This document shows positions 55,847-64,000 of a stretch of DNA of 64,000 nucleotides, piece by piece. The stretch lies in IMG/VR virus record IMGVR_UViG_3300028920_001939, one strand, 5' to 3'. A program made the position numbers and the translations under genes. Below the pieces are notes generated by a model, which worked only from the letters and a program-made list of their open reading frames with translations, searched no databases and was not told where the DNA came from. Every line of letters begins with the position of its first letter. Position 1 is the first letter of the stretch. Source of the DNA: a virus. Its lineage: Duplodnaviria > Heunggongvirae > Uroviricota > Caudoviricetes.

Positions 55847-56013
55847 TGCAGAAAACTTATTGTGATATATGCAAAGAAGAAATTCCAAGAAAACATATAG
55901 AAGATTGCTATATTAGATTAGATATAGGTGGAATGGATTTTCAATGGGATTTGTGTAAGAAATGTAAAGATAGGTTATTTACATCAATTGAATGGATGTT
56001 GAAAGATTATTGA
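55846..56013 (+). CDS. Small zinc-ribbon protein
   Basis: Not in the track. CDICKEE...CKKCKD, two CxxC pairs. TAATG overlap. Confidence 0.3.
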   Translation: MQKTYCDICKEEIPRKHIEDCYIRLDIGGMDFQWDLCKKCKDRLFTSIEWMLKDY

Positions 56014-56024
56014 GGTGAAAAAGA

Positions 56025-56177
56025 ATGAAAAAGAATATGCCCTGGTTTGGGATTGGTAAATTACAGATATACTATAAATGTAAAAACTGTAATGAGAAGC
56101 AAGTGTTAGAAGAAAAAACAGTTATATATTTCTTAAAAAGAATATTTCCTATTCCACTTTTATCAAAGTCGATTTAA
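56025..56177 (+). CDS. Small zinc-ribbon protein
   Basis: Not in the track (50 aa). ...YYKCKNCNEKQ. Confidence 0.25.
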   Translation: MKKNMPWFGIGKLQIYYKCKNCNEKQVLEEKTVIYFLKRIFPIPLLSKSI

Positions 56178-56247
56178 ATGGAAGAAGAAACATTTGGTCA
56201 AAGAGTAAAGAAACTTGCTGAAAAAGCAAGATATCTTGATATGTTAG

Positions 56248-56727
56248 ATGAGGAGAATAGAAATGAAAAATGAAGAAGTTGATGAAGAAGAATCTGAAGT
56301 TAATTTGAAGCATTGGCTAACGAGAACTATCATATTACTTGCTATTTTTAGTATGTTAATCTATATGACAGAGATTACGTTTAAAGTTGAATTGTTATCA
56401 AATACAATTATGGTAATAGCAATTGCGGTATCACTTGGTTTAATCCACGAGTATTTGCATTATTATCAAGCAGTTAAACTTGGTTATAATCCTGTATGGT
56501 ATAGAACGAGATTCACTATGGGATTCGAGATATCACATAAATCTGCGAGAGGTAAGTGGGTTAAAGATAAGAAGAAGATATCATTGTTACCTTATAAAGT
56601 ATTGTTACCAGCATCAGTTGTAATATTTTGTATTGGATTTTATTTTGACATTTGGGGTATTTGGCTTGGTGGTGTGATGGGAATACTTTTACACACGATA
56701 GCATACCCTTTGACGGAGGGGCATTAA
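56248..56727 (+). CDS. Membrane protein with HExxH motif adjacent to a TM helix
   Basis: 3-4 TM helices. LGLIHEYLHYYQA (HEYLH) lies at the end of TM2. Possible intramembrane metalloprotease-like fold. Speculative. Confidence 0.4.
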   Translation: MRRIEMKNEEVDEEESEVNLKHWLTRTIILLAIFSMLIYMTEITFKVELLSNTIMVIAIAVSLGLIHEYLHYYQAVKLGYNPVWYRTRFTMGFEISHKSARGKWVKDKKKISLLPYKVLLPASVVIFCIGFYFDIWGIWLGGVMGILLHTIAYPLTEGH

Positions 56728-56894
56728 TGGAAAAATGTATAGAGAAAGGATGTGGAAATGAAGCAAGATGTTATGTCCATAATGGAAATGGTGTTTTAAG
56801 ATTTTGTTTCGAACACTACAAGAAGTATAGTGATAAACAACTTAAAGAAAGAATGAAATTAATAACAGATTTTCAACCTGTGAAAGATGAATAG
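56727..56894 (+). CDS. Small Cys/His-rich protein
   Basis: ATG at 56727 (track ORF 56652 overlaps the upstream gene). MEKCIEKGCGNEARCYVHNGNGVLRFCFEHY. Confidence 0.35.
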   Translation: MEKCIEKGCGNEARCYVHNGNGVLRFCFEHYKKYSDKQLKERMKLITDFQPVKDE

Positions 56895-57687
56895 AGGTAT
56901 TAGTCAATCAGGCATATGTCTTTACAGGTTTTGTCCATATGCCTACAAGTTGAAATATATCGATAAGTGTATACCGATGAGTTACGATTCATCAGCGATG
57001 GATACGGGAAGTTACGTACACGAAGCGATAAAGAGTTATTACTGGACTAAATTCTCAATGGATAATACTGCTAACGATATATTTTATGATACTTACAACA
57101 AGTTAAGAGAACTTTGGGATATCACACTTGAACCAGAATGGTTAAAAAAGGCATATGATTGTTTAAAGACACACGCTGAATGGGAATATCAAAATATTAA
57201 GAAAGGTATCACTAAACCATTCTCTGAAATAAAAATAGATCAAAATAATATCGATAAAACAAATAATGGTTACTTTGGAATTCTTGATTACGTTAATCTA
57301 CAGAAAGCACAAGTTATAGATTGGAAGACAGGTAGTTATCCAACAGTATCATTTGAGTATAGAATGCAAGCGCATGTTTATAAGATATTGTTTGAGAGTA
57401 AATTTGATACGAAACTCAAAGATTTTTATTTCTTTTATCTTTACCCAAATCAATGGCGTAAGATATCATATACTAACCCGAAACAGATTGAAGCGGGTAA
57501 AGAATGTGATTATTTGTTATCAAAGATTTTAGATAATGGCTACGAGAAAAAGCCAAGATTAGAAAATAGTTGTAGATACTGCGATTTTAAGTATTACTGT
57601 AAGGTTATCGAAGAACCTTACCAGATAAAAAACGAAATATATAAAAACATAAAAGAAGATTCAGATGTGAGAAAGCAATATGATTAG
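56887..57687 (+). CDS. Cas4/RecB-family PD-(D/E)xK exonuclease with Fe-S cluster cysteines
   Basis: N-terminal LYRFCPYAYKL (Cas4 N-terminal Cys). GILDYVNL...VIDWKTG (D...EhK-like core, cf. Cas4 IVDYKTG). QAHVYK (QhxxY). C-terminal CRYCDFKYYC (CxxCx5C). Confidence 0.7.
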   Translation: MNRGISQSGICLYRFCPYAYKLKYIDKCIPMSYDSSAMDTGSYVHEAIKSYYWTKFSMDNTANDIFYDTYNKLRELWDITLEPEWLKKAYDCLKTHAEWEYQNIKKGITKPFSEIKIDQNNIDKTNNGYFGILDYVNLQKAQVIDWKTGSYPTVSFEYRMQAHVYKILFESKFDTKLKDFYFFYLYPNQWRKISYTNPKQIEAGKECDYLLSKILDNGYEKKPRLENSCRYCDFKYYCKVIEEPYQIKNEIYKNIKEDSDVRKQYD

Positions 57688-57820
57688 AGATGGGGCAGAA
57701 AAAGATAGGTTTATTTGCCATAGTTGCGCAAATAGAGATTCTTGTGAAGATGGTAAAACAAGAGATTACAGATGGGGTCCCATTATAATTGAATGCACAA
57801 GTTATAAAGAGGATATTTAA
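57680..57820 (+). CDS. Small Cys-rich protein
   Basis: Not in the track (46 aa). ...FICHSCANRDSCEDG... Confidence 0.25.
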   Translation: MIRDGAEKDRFICHSCANRDSCEDGKTRDYRWGPIIIECTSYKEDI

Positions 57821-57821
57821 T

Positions 57822-59060
57822 ATGGAAAAAATAAAGTTATATGATGATTTACCAGATAACGCAGAACCTTATAAAACACCCATAAAACTAATGCCAACAG
57901 AAACATATTGCTGTCCCGCTTCTTTAAAAGTTGATCTATACCTTGGTTGTAGTTTTAGTTGTTTATATTGTTTCGCTATGGATTGGTTTCTGAATATGTA
58001 TCACAACTGGTATCGACCATCTAAACCAGCAGATATATCAATTGTAGAGAAAGAATTTTACAATGCTTTCAAAGGTAAAACAAACACTTATCTTGCTAAA
58101 GCATTACGACACAGACAATACATACGATTGGGAAGTATGACAGATAGTTTTCAGCACATAGAGAAAAAACATAAACTTACATACGAATTCTTTAAAATAG
58201 CAAATAAATATGATAAATACCCTGTTTTGATATTTACAAAATCAATAATTCAAGCAGAAAATGAATATATCAATCTGATGAAAGATGGCAATTATGTTTG
58301 CCAAGAGAGCATATCAATTTGGAATGATGAATTGAGAAAGAAGATTGAACCCGGCACTTGGTCAACAGAAAAGAGATTTGAAGCGTTAGCGAAGTTGAAT
58401 CGAAATGATATACCAATTCAAGTTAGAATTTCGCCACATTTGTATCAATTAACAGATATGAGTGATACTATCAAGATTATTGATAAGGCGAAAGAAGTTG
58501 GCGTTAATGAGATTATTTGGGAGCCGATTAGGATTACAACGCCGTGCAATAAGATATTCTTACAAGAAAGTGGTATTGATTTGATACAGAAGATGAAAGA
58601 TTACGGCGATACTGAATCAGATTATAGTGGTGGGAGTTACAGGAATATTTTTCCGATTAGGCAGAAAGTTATGAATGAAGTTAAGAAAGAAGTTGAAGAT
58701 AGAGATATGAAGTTCTATCATTGTTTGGCTGAAAACGCTTGTAATGCATCATGTCCCGGAGAGGACTGTTGTGGAATGGATAATTATCCCGAGTTTAGTA
58801 AGGGTGCTGTAAAGCGCAATATACAGAAGATATATATGCTTTTGAAAGAGAAAGGCGAATTATCAATTGATGATGTTGCGCATTTACACACTTGCCACGA
58901 CAAAGAGGCAGAGGCACAATGGAATAATGGTTCTCTTGTTAAGTATATGGCTGATGTTGTGTTTGATGAAAGAGATAAAGTTTACAGATATCAAAAAGAT
59001 GCTTATATGGGAGAAAATTTAAGGCATAAGAAAGTGGTGAAGGTGGATAAATGGCTATAA
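57822..59060 (+). CDS. Radical-SAM enzyme, SplB/spore-photoproduct-lyase-like (COG1533-type DNA repair)
   Basis: LGCSFSCLYCFA = CxxxCxxC radical-SAM cluster motif in the N-terminal region, resembling SplB-like CSHxCxYCY. Additional C-terminal Cys cluster (CPGEDCCGMDNYPEF). Track start 57789 is TTG; the in-frame ATG at 57822 is likely. Confidence 0.6.
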   Translation: MEKIKLYDDLPDNAEPYKTPIKLMPTETYCCPASLKVDLYLGCSFSCLYCFAMDWFLNMYHNWYRPSKPADISIVEKEFYNAFKGKTNTYLAKALRHRQYIRLGSMTDSFQHIEKKHKLTYEFFKIANKYDKYPVLIFTKSIIQAENEYINLMKDGNYVCQESISIWNDELRKKIEPGTWSTEKRFEALAKLNRNDIPIQVRISPHLYQLTDMSDTIKIIDKAKEVGVNEIIWEPIRITTPCNKIFLQESGIDLIQKMKDYGDTESDYSGGSYRNIFPIRQKVMNEVKKEVEDRDMKFYHCLAENACNASCPGEDCCGMDNYPEFSKGAVKRNIQKIYMLLKEKGELSIDDVAHLHTCHDKEAEAQWNNGSLVKYMADVVFDERDKVYRYQKDAYMGENLRHKKVVKVDKWL

Positions 59061-59854
59061 CAAAAAAGATTAATGAAAAAAATAAATTAATTGAATTATT
59101 AAAAAATATTCCACATTCTGATAAAGAAAATGAAGAAACACTTACAATTAAAATAATTGTTGATAATGATACTAGAATAATAAAAAATATTCCAAAAAGA
59201 TATGAATTGCCGTGTAATCTTAAAAGTTCTGTTTTGAAAAAAGAGTTTATGGAAAAATTAAACTTTATTTTTTTAGGTGAAGAAACAGAGTTATATGATT
59301 ATCAGAATAAAAGAAAAGAAGTAGGTCAACCAGATTTTATGATAAAGCCGAAAATATTGAATGATGTATCTATTGTTCAAGAACACAAGGTTAAAGGTGA
59401 TTCAATAAGAGAATCGCAAGAAGATTATTTATTTAATCATACTGATGAAGTTGGTATGTTTATTTATGTTGATAAATTTTATACAAAAAATGAATATAAG
59501 AATGTACTTCTTACTTATGATAATATAATTTACCAACTTGATAATTTTTCTAAAAAACAACCATATAGGCATCCAAAAACTAATAATCCATATATTGAAT
59601 TATATCAAGATGATTGGCCCGATAATACAAAGGATAGAACGATGGTTGGTGGAGGAATAGTTGTTTTAGGAAAAGTTATCTATCATTCTGGTAATGGATA
59701 TTTAATAAGATCAAGTTTTAATGACATACCTTATGATGATCACAAAGGAGTTCCTATAACACAAAGAGAAATAGATATTATAAAACTTGAGATAAAAGAT
59801 ATAATACATCAACAGCAACAATTAGTTTATAGTAGGAGGAAGAAAGATGTATGA
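59051..59854 (+). CDS. Hypothetical protein
   Basis: 267-aa ORF overlapping the upstream gene end. Confidence 0.45.
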   Translation: MAITKKINEKNKLIELLKNIPHSDKENEETLTIKIIVDNDTRIIKNIPKRYELPCNLKSSVLKKEFMEKLNFIFLGEETELYDYQNKRKEVGQPDFMIKPKILNDVSIVQEHKVKGDSIRESQEDYLFNHTDEVGMFIYVDKFYTKNEYKNVLLTYDNIIYQLDNFSKKQPYRHPKTNNPYIELYQDDWPDNTKDRTMVGGGIVVLGKVIYHSGNGYLIRSSFNDIPYDDHKGVPITQREIDIIKLEIKDIIHQQQQLVYSRRKKDV

Positions 59855-60368
59855 TATCAAACGTATAGAATATTATGTTAATCATCCAGAAGAAATAAAA
59901 ATTTCAAAAAATTGGATGAATGTTATTCTTGATTGTACTCCAAAAGGAAGAAAATTTTGTAAAGGTAAATGTTGTTATGATCACGGTGATAAAAAAGATA
60001 AAGGGATATTTGTTAGATATACAGATGATGAAGTAAAGAAACTTCCTAAATCTTTTAAAAAACACATAAAAGATAACAATGTTGTTAAAGTTGATAAAGA
60101 TGGTAAATGTGAATTGATTAATTTATGTATGAAATATCCTAAATATAAACCTATAGAATGTAAATTGATACCGTTAACTATTGATAAACGTGGTTTGTTA
60201 CAGATATATGTAGGTTCATTAAGTGGATGCCCAAATCTTAACAGAGGTAAAACTCCTGTTTATATTGCTATGAAGGATAATCTTATAGATTTATTTGGAG
60301 AAGAATTTTATAAAAGATTAGAAAATAAGATGAAAACAGATAATAATTCTGTTGATAAATATATGTGA
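59847..60368 (+). CDS. Hypothetical Cys-rich protein
   Basis: Multiple Cys (CTPKGRKFCKGKCCYDHGD ... CELINLC ... CKLIP ... CPN). Confidence 0.45.
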   Translation: MYDIKRIEYYVNHPEEIKISKNWMNVILDCTPKGRKFCKGKCCYDHGDKKDKGIFVRYTDDEVKKLPKSFKKHIKDNNVVKVDKDGKCELINLCMKYPKYKPIECKLIPLTIDKRGLLQIYVGSLSGCPNLNRGKTPVYIAMKDNLIDLFGEEFYKRLENKMKTDNNSVDKYM

Positions 60369-60377
60369 GGAAATTAA

Positions 60378-60545
60378 ATGAAAGATATAATTTGCCAAGA
60401 TTGTAAGAAAAAAGTTGGCGAAGTCGAAGAAGATTCTATGATAATATCATCAGATCCATTTTATGGTATTGATATTTATTGTAATAAATGTAAAGAGAAA
60501 CATATAAATGATTTTAGAGAGGATGAAAATCAGTTGGTGAATTAA
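60378..60545 (+). CDS. Small zinc-ribbon protein
   Basis: Not in the track (55 aa). CQDCKKK...CNKCKEKH. Confidence 0.3.
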   Translation: MKDIICQDCKKKVGEVEEDSMIISSDPFYGIDIYCNKCKEKHINDFREDENQLVN

Positions 60546-61208
60546 ATGAAACCGTTTTTGTATGAGGGAACTTATGTTTGTTATCCTATGATAACAATAG
60601 TTGAAGCAAACAGGACTATAAGAAATGATACATTACAGCATATCGTTTTATTCGATTTGGCTGAAACAGATATGGGTTTAGGGCAAGTTAATTTCAGAAA
60701 GACATCATCATTCTGTAGCAAAGGCAACTTTGTGCACGGTATCAATTACACACACCCATCTTTAGAGTTTCACGCTATAGGTAAAGAATTTATGTATGAT
60801 TTTAATGGTATTGATATAAACGATTACAACAGATGGGATAATGTGAATAAGAATCTTATCAACGGCAATATCAAGCCCGGCGCACATATCTGTTGCGCAG
60901 GTGAGTGGGAGTTCGGCACTATAGGTGATAATCTTTATGCTGGTGTTGGCATTGCGGTGCCAGAAGATAAGAAGAATGCTATTTTGTTTATGGAATGTGT
61001 TGGTAAGACGATTGAGATAACGAGGGAAACGATACGAGAAGATATCATTGAATCGATTGTGCAAATAGGTAAGAATCAGAATATCAAATACAAAGAAATA
61101 TATGTAGTAACAGATGAGAAAACACTACAGAAGGATTTGGGGTGTGCGATGGTAACGATACCTTATTTTTTGATAGAGAAAATACCGTATTTTTTAAAGG
61201 AGAAATAA
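60546..61208 (+). CDS. Hypothetical protein upstream of the methyltransferase
   Basis: 220-aa ORF with no recognizable motif. Confidence 0.45.
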   Translation: MKPFLYEGTYVCYPMITIVEANRTIRNDTLQHIVLFDLAETDMGLGQVNFRKTSSFCSKGNFVHGINYTHPSLEFHAIGKEFMYDFNGIDINDYNRWDNVNKNLINGNIKPGAHICCAGEWEFGTIGDNLYAGVGIAVPEDKKNAILFMECVGKTIEITRETIREDIIESIVQIGKNQNIKYKEIYVVTDEKTLQKDLGCAMVTIPYFLIEKIPYFLKEK

Positions 61209-61209
61209 T

Positions 61210-61758
61210 ATGGTAAAAAATATAAGTGATAATACAGTACAACAATATGAAAATGTAATAAATAGTATAATAAAAACAATTTATGAATTATTTGAAGTAG
61301 AAATTACATATGAAAAAATAGAAATTCCATTTGAGCAAAGAAACGGATATCATTATGATTATATTTATAGATATTCTTTAAAAGATGAAAATTATGTTAA
61401 TGATGGTGTTACACCTGTGAATTTACATACTACATATAGAGATGTATCATTTAAAAAACCAAGATATAAAGATGGAACTCGTGCTTGTTTTCATAATTGC
61501 AAAAAAGTTGATGAAATAATATTTTTTGATGAATTAAATGATATTCAAGAATTAATAAAGAAAGATATTAACAATTTTTGTTCTTCTATGAAAAGATATG
61601 CATTTATTTGGGCTTGTGCATATTTTGAATTTGCTGTTGGAATTCTTGTGAATAAAATAGTTGATGGGTTAGAACACGATAAAACAAATGAGTTTATATC
61701 TTTTGATGATTTTATAATTGAGGTTAAAAAGAATATTAATAATGGAAAATGGTTATAA
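61210..61758 (+). CDS. Hypothetical protein immediately upstream of, and overlapping, the DNA MTase (candidate restriction or control partner; unproven)
   Basis: 182 aa. Weak PD-(D/E)xK-like stretch ([10 protein letters not shown]). Overlaps the MTase start by 10 nt. Confidence 0.4.
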   Translation: MVKNISDNTVQQYENVINSIIKTIYELFEVEITYEKIEIPFEQRNGYHYDYIYRYSLKDENYVNDGVTPVNLHTTYRDVSFKKPRYKDGTRACFHNCKKVDEIIFFDELNDIQELIKKDINNFCSSMKRYAFIWACAYFEFAVGILVNKIVDGLEHDKTNEFISFDDFIIEVKKNINNGKWL

Positions 61759-63623
61759 TGAAAGATAAGTGGATTAACAAAATACATTGCGGAGATAACA
61801 TAGAGTTATTGAAACAATTACCAGAAGAATCAGTTGATTGTGTGATAACATCGCCACCATATTGGGGGTTAAGGAGCTATTCTGATGCTGCTGTTAAGAT
61901 ATGGGGTGGAGATCCAAATTGTGAACACGAATGGGGAACATCACATACTCGCCATCAGGAGGCACCGGGTAAAACCTCTTTAGTTAAACAGAAAGGACTT
62001 GCATATGATGTTACAACACATACTTGCACAAAATGCGGTGCTTGGAAAGGGCAGTTCGGACTTGAACCACACCCAAATATGTATATCGAACATTTAGTAG
62101 AAATATGCAGAGAAATACGCAGAGTATTGAAGAAAACAGGTTCTTTCTATCTAAATTTAGGTGATTCATACTATAATTCTCCTGCTGGTAACAAAGAACT
62201 AACTCAATCAATATCAAAAGGCACCGCAAAAGCACAAGATATAGCATCAAAGAAAAGAGTTTTTCGACCAGATGGAAAGTGGCTCCGACCGAAACAACTG
62301 TTACTTATACCCACAAGAGTTGCGGAAGCATTACAAGAAGATGGGTGGATTTTAAGAAATGATTTAATATGGAATAAACCGAATCCAATGCCCACCAGCG
62401 TAGTTGATAGATTAAACAACACTTATGAACATATTTTCTTTTTTGTTAAAAACGAGTCATATTTCTTTGATTTAGATGTTATACGAGAAAAACCCTCAAC
62501 CGGCGTTGAATACACACGCAAAGCATCAGGTATCAAAGGCAACGTAGGCGCTATGAACCGGCAATCAATGCAAGACATATCAAATAATCCACTTGGTAAA
62601 AACCCCGGCGATGTATCAACATTTGAAAGTGTTACAATAGATGCAGAATTAGAAAAGATAAAAGATGATATCGAGTATCATATCAATAAGATATTCGTTT
62701 TAGCAAAGCAACGAGATAGAGAAACATACGGCGGTAAGTATAGTGATTGTGGTGAAGGTAAAGATGGTAAATCAACACAAGAATATTTAGTATCAATCAG
62801 AAGAACTGCTGATGAGTATGTCAAAGAAAACAAGCTAACTGGAAAAATAGCGCAGGTTATCAAGGATTATGCACACGGTTATGCTGGTAATCCTGCTGGT
62901 AGAAATCCTGGTGATATCTTTACAATAACTGTGCAACCATTTGCTGAAGCACACTTTGCTGTTTTCCCACCAGAGTTAGCAAGAAAACCTTTGATATCAT
63001 CTTGTCCTAAAGAAATCTGTACTGAATGTGGATCGCCAAGAGAAAGAATACTTGAAGATGTAAAACAATTAACACCTAAACAAGAAGAAGATTTGAAGAA
63101 ACAAAGAGAAAAGCAACAAGAGTATATTAAAGCCGGTGGAGGTCGTGGTGGTTTGCCTTCAACTGATTTGATATCAACAGAGAAAGTAACAGTTGGTTGG
63201 ACAGAATGTGGTTGTAAGGCACCTTATGCACCGGGAGTTGTTTTAGATCCATTTAATGGTAGTGGTACTACTTGTTTAGTTGCGAAACAAGAAGGCAGAA
63301 GATATATTGGTTTCGATATCAATCCAGATTATTGTGAAATGGCAAGAAACAGAATTGCTAAAGTTACCAATGTTGATGAGTGGGGTGGAAAGAATTACAA
63401 CTACCCATTGAAAAGTTACACTAATGCAGTAGTTCAATCAGGCGAAGTTGAAATTGAAGATGAATTCTTTGGTGGAGATTACAAGGTAAAAACAGAACTT
63501 GATGATGAAGAAACGATTGAAACAGTATCAAAGAGTGAAGGTAGCAAAGAAGTTAAGGGTAAAATGAGTAAAAAAGAATTTGTATCAAAAGATAAGAAAG
63601 AGGAGATAGATTGGGAGATTTAG
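61749..63623 (+). CDS. DNA methyltransferase, beta-class N6-adenine/N4-cytosine type
   Basis: Motif [12 protein letters not shown] near the N-terminus. Motif [12 protein letters not shown] near the C-terminus, so IV-before-I order = beta class. A long insertion of about 350 aa lies between them. K/E-rich C-terminal tail. Confidence 0.8.
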   Translation: MVIMKDKWINKIHCGDNIELLKQLPEESVDCVITSPPYWGLRSYSDAAVKIWGGDPNCEHEWGTSHTRHQEAPGKTSLVKQKGLAYDVTTHTCTKCGAWKGQFGLEPHPNMYIEHLVEICREIRRVLKKTGSFYLNLGDSYYNSPAGNKELTQSISKGTAKAQDIASKKRVFRPDGKWLRPKQLLLIPTRVAEALQEDGWILRNDLIWNKPNPMPTSVVDRLNNTYEHIFFFVKNESYFFDLDVIREKPSTGVEYTRKASGIKGNVGAMNRQSMQDISNNPLGKNPGDVSTFESVTIDAELEKIKDDIEYHINKIFVLAKQRDRETYGGKYSDCGEGKDGKSTQEYLVSIRRTADEYVKENKLTGKIAQVIKDYAHGYAGNPAGRNPGDIFTITVQPFAEAHFAVFPPELARKPLISSCPKEICTECGSPRERILEDVKQLTPKQEEDLKKQREKQQEYIKAGGGRGGLPSTDLISTEKVTVGWTECGCKAPYAPGVVLDPFNGSGTTCLVAKQEGRRYIGFDINPDYCEMARNRIAKVTNVDEWGGKNYNYPLKSYTNAVVQSGEVEIEDEFFGGDYKVKTELDDEETIETVSKSEGSKEVKGKMSKKEFVSKDKKEEIDWEI

Positions 63624-63817
63624 TTAAAGATAGACTTAAAGAGTTAAGTGAAAAATGTGATGTGCCTATAGATATGTTAGAGAAAACATTGAAAACTATA
63701 TTAGATGAACCAGATCATAAAGGATTTGTTTTACATATAGAAGAATGGGATAAACATAATGTTGCTTATTCTTTGAAAGATATGAAAGAGTTAAAGAAAA
63801 GGTATGGGATAAAATGA
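63611..63817 (+). CDS. Hypothetical small protein
   Basis: 68-aa ORF. Confidence 0.4.
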   Translation: MGDLVKDRLKELSEKCDVPIDMLEKTLKTILDEPDHKGFVLHIEEWDKHNVAYSLKDMKELKKRYGIK

Positions 63818-63945
63818 ATAAAGAAGAAATAATTAGGGAAATAGAGTTTCTTGAAAAAGATATAGATGAAGCAGAAGTTGAATTGAAAGATAAAGAAAGA
63901 GAATATGAGATGTTAATAGAAGATTTAGCAAATATGTGAATAGAT

Positions 63946-64000
63946 ATGAAAATCAAATTTATGGAGAAGATAGGTAAATTTTTTCACGATTTGTTTGAAA
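63946..64000 (+). CDS. Start of a gene truncated by the window end
   Basis: ATG at 63946 (MKIKFMEKIGKFFHDLF...) continues to the window edge. Confidence 0.3.
   Translation, partial: MKIKFMEKIGKFFHDLFE

Noticed and set aside
306-63956. All minus-strand ORFs in the track (e.g. 306-503, 1110-1349, 5376-5639, 7276-7575, 9697-10140, 23395-23766, 36110-36505, 43958-44239, 52911-53207, 63696-63956)
   Set aside because: Each lies entirely inside, or antisense to, a long + strand gene with motif support. None has an RBS or conserved motif. They have the hydrophobic, low-complexity composition typical of antisense reading of AT-rich coding DNA.
1-64000. CRISPR array or other long perfect DNA repeats
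   Set aside because: No regularly spaced identical 25-40-nt repeats were seen. The only repeats are protein-level (propeller blades, dockerin segments, paralogue N-termini) or short promoter elements.
1-64000. Bacteriophage of a low-GC bacterium
   Set aside because: RFC small subunit with SCNY-box, PCNA-like clamp, PriS-type AEP, short XPF-HhH2 and pervasive N-glycosylation sequons on Sec-exported proteins are archaeal (or eukaryotic) hallmarks. Strong SD usage is compatible with many archaea.
1-64000. Assignment to a specific known element type (e.g. Borg-like giant element, magrovirus, thaumarchaeal or Asgard virus)
   Set aside because: One-strand coding and about one-third GC are compatible with several such groups. 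I see no perfect tandem direct repeats, no recognisable major capsid, portal or terminase, and no host marker genes. Classification needs database searches.

Overview
This 64-kb window is AT-rich, roughly one-third G+C by eye, and extremely gene-dense. Essentially every credible gene lies on the + strand, and many stop/start pairs overlap as ATGA, which suggests translational coupling; the minus-strand ORFs in the track all sit inside + strand genes and look spurious. Strong AGGAGG-type Shine-Dalgarno sequences precede many starts. I found no tRNA, rRNA or CRISPR array, so this looks like a virus or other mobile element, not chromosome. The hallmark proteins are archaeal or eukaryotic in type: an RFC small-subunit clamp loader with an SCNY-box, a PCNA-like clamp, an AEP primase PriS with DxD and SGGKGFH motifs, a short XPF/ERCC4 nuclease with an HhH2 tail, a Cas4-like Fe-S nuclease, an SplB-like radical-SAM enzyme and a beta-class DNA methyltransferase. 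The secreted proteins carry classic AxA signal peptides and are saturated with N-x-S/T sequons. Together these point to a virus or large mobile element of an AT-rich, N-glycosylating, SD-using archaeon; I cannot name the host from sequence alone. The window falls into modules. Structural and unknown genes occupy 1-11.7 kb, including a 1007-aa Lys-rich tape-measure-like protein and an M42-type aminopeptidase. A surface-glycoprotein module spans 11.9-30.2 kb and includes a 1253-aa membrane-anchored beta-propeller/FN3 protein, a tandem pair of small 2-TM proteins behind a strong promoter and terminator, and nine consecutive secreted glycoproteins; three of these in a row end in a double dockerin-like Ca-binding repeat. 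Two paralogue families sit at 30-35.5 kb: one has an N-terminal KIIPVK-DTDGDGxP-DCxP(W)NP module resembling a thrombospondin-type-3 repeat, and the other is a tandem array of seven LGLEKEF-KOW proteins. A membrane, ATPase and SPFH block covers 35.6-41.4 kb. A CobS/CobT-like MoxR AAA+ plus vWA pair at 41.5-45.2 kb has each gene preceded by a copy of a conserved 60-nt promoter/5'UTR. An archaeal-type replication and repair block spans 48-59 kb, and a DNA methyltransferase with two unknown neighbours closes the window. The most unusual features are the dockerin-tagged glycoprotein trio, the duplicated-promoter MoxR-vWA-HExxH pair, the LGLEKEF-KOW array and the shared GTATGG-N14-TTTATAAA promoter architecture. 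All domain calls rest on motifs read by eye and need HMM or structure-based confirmation.
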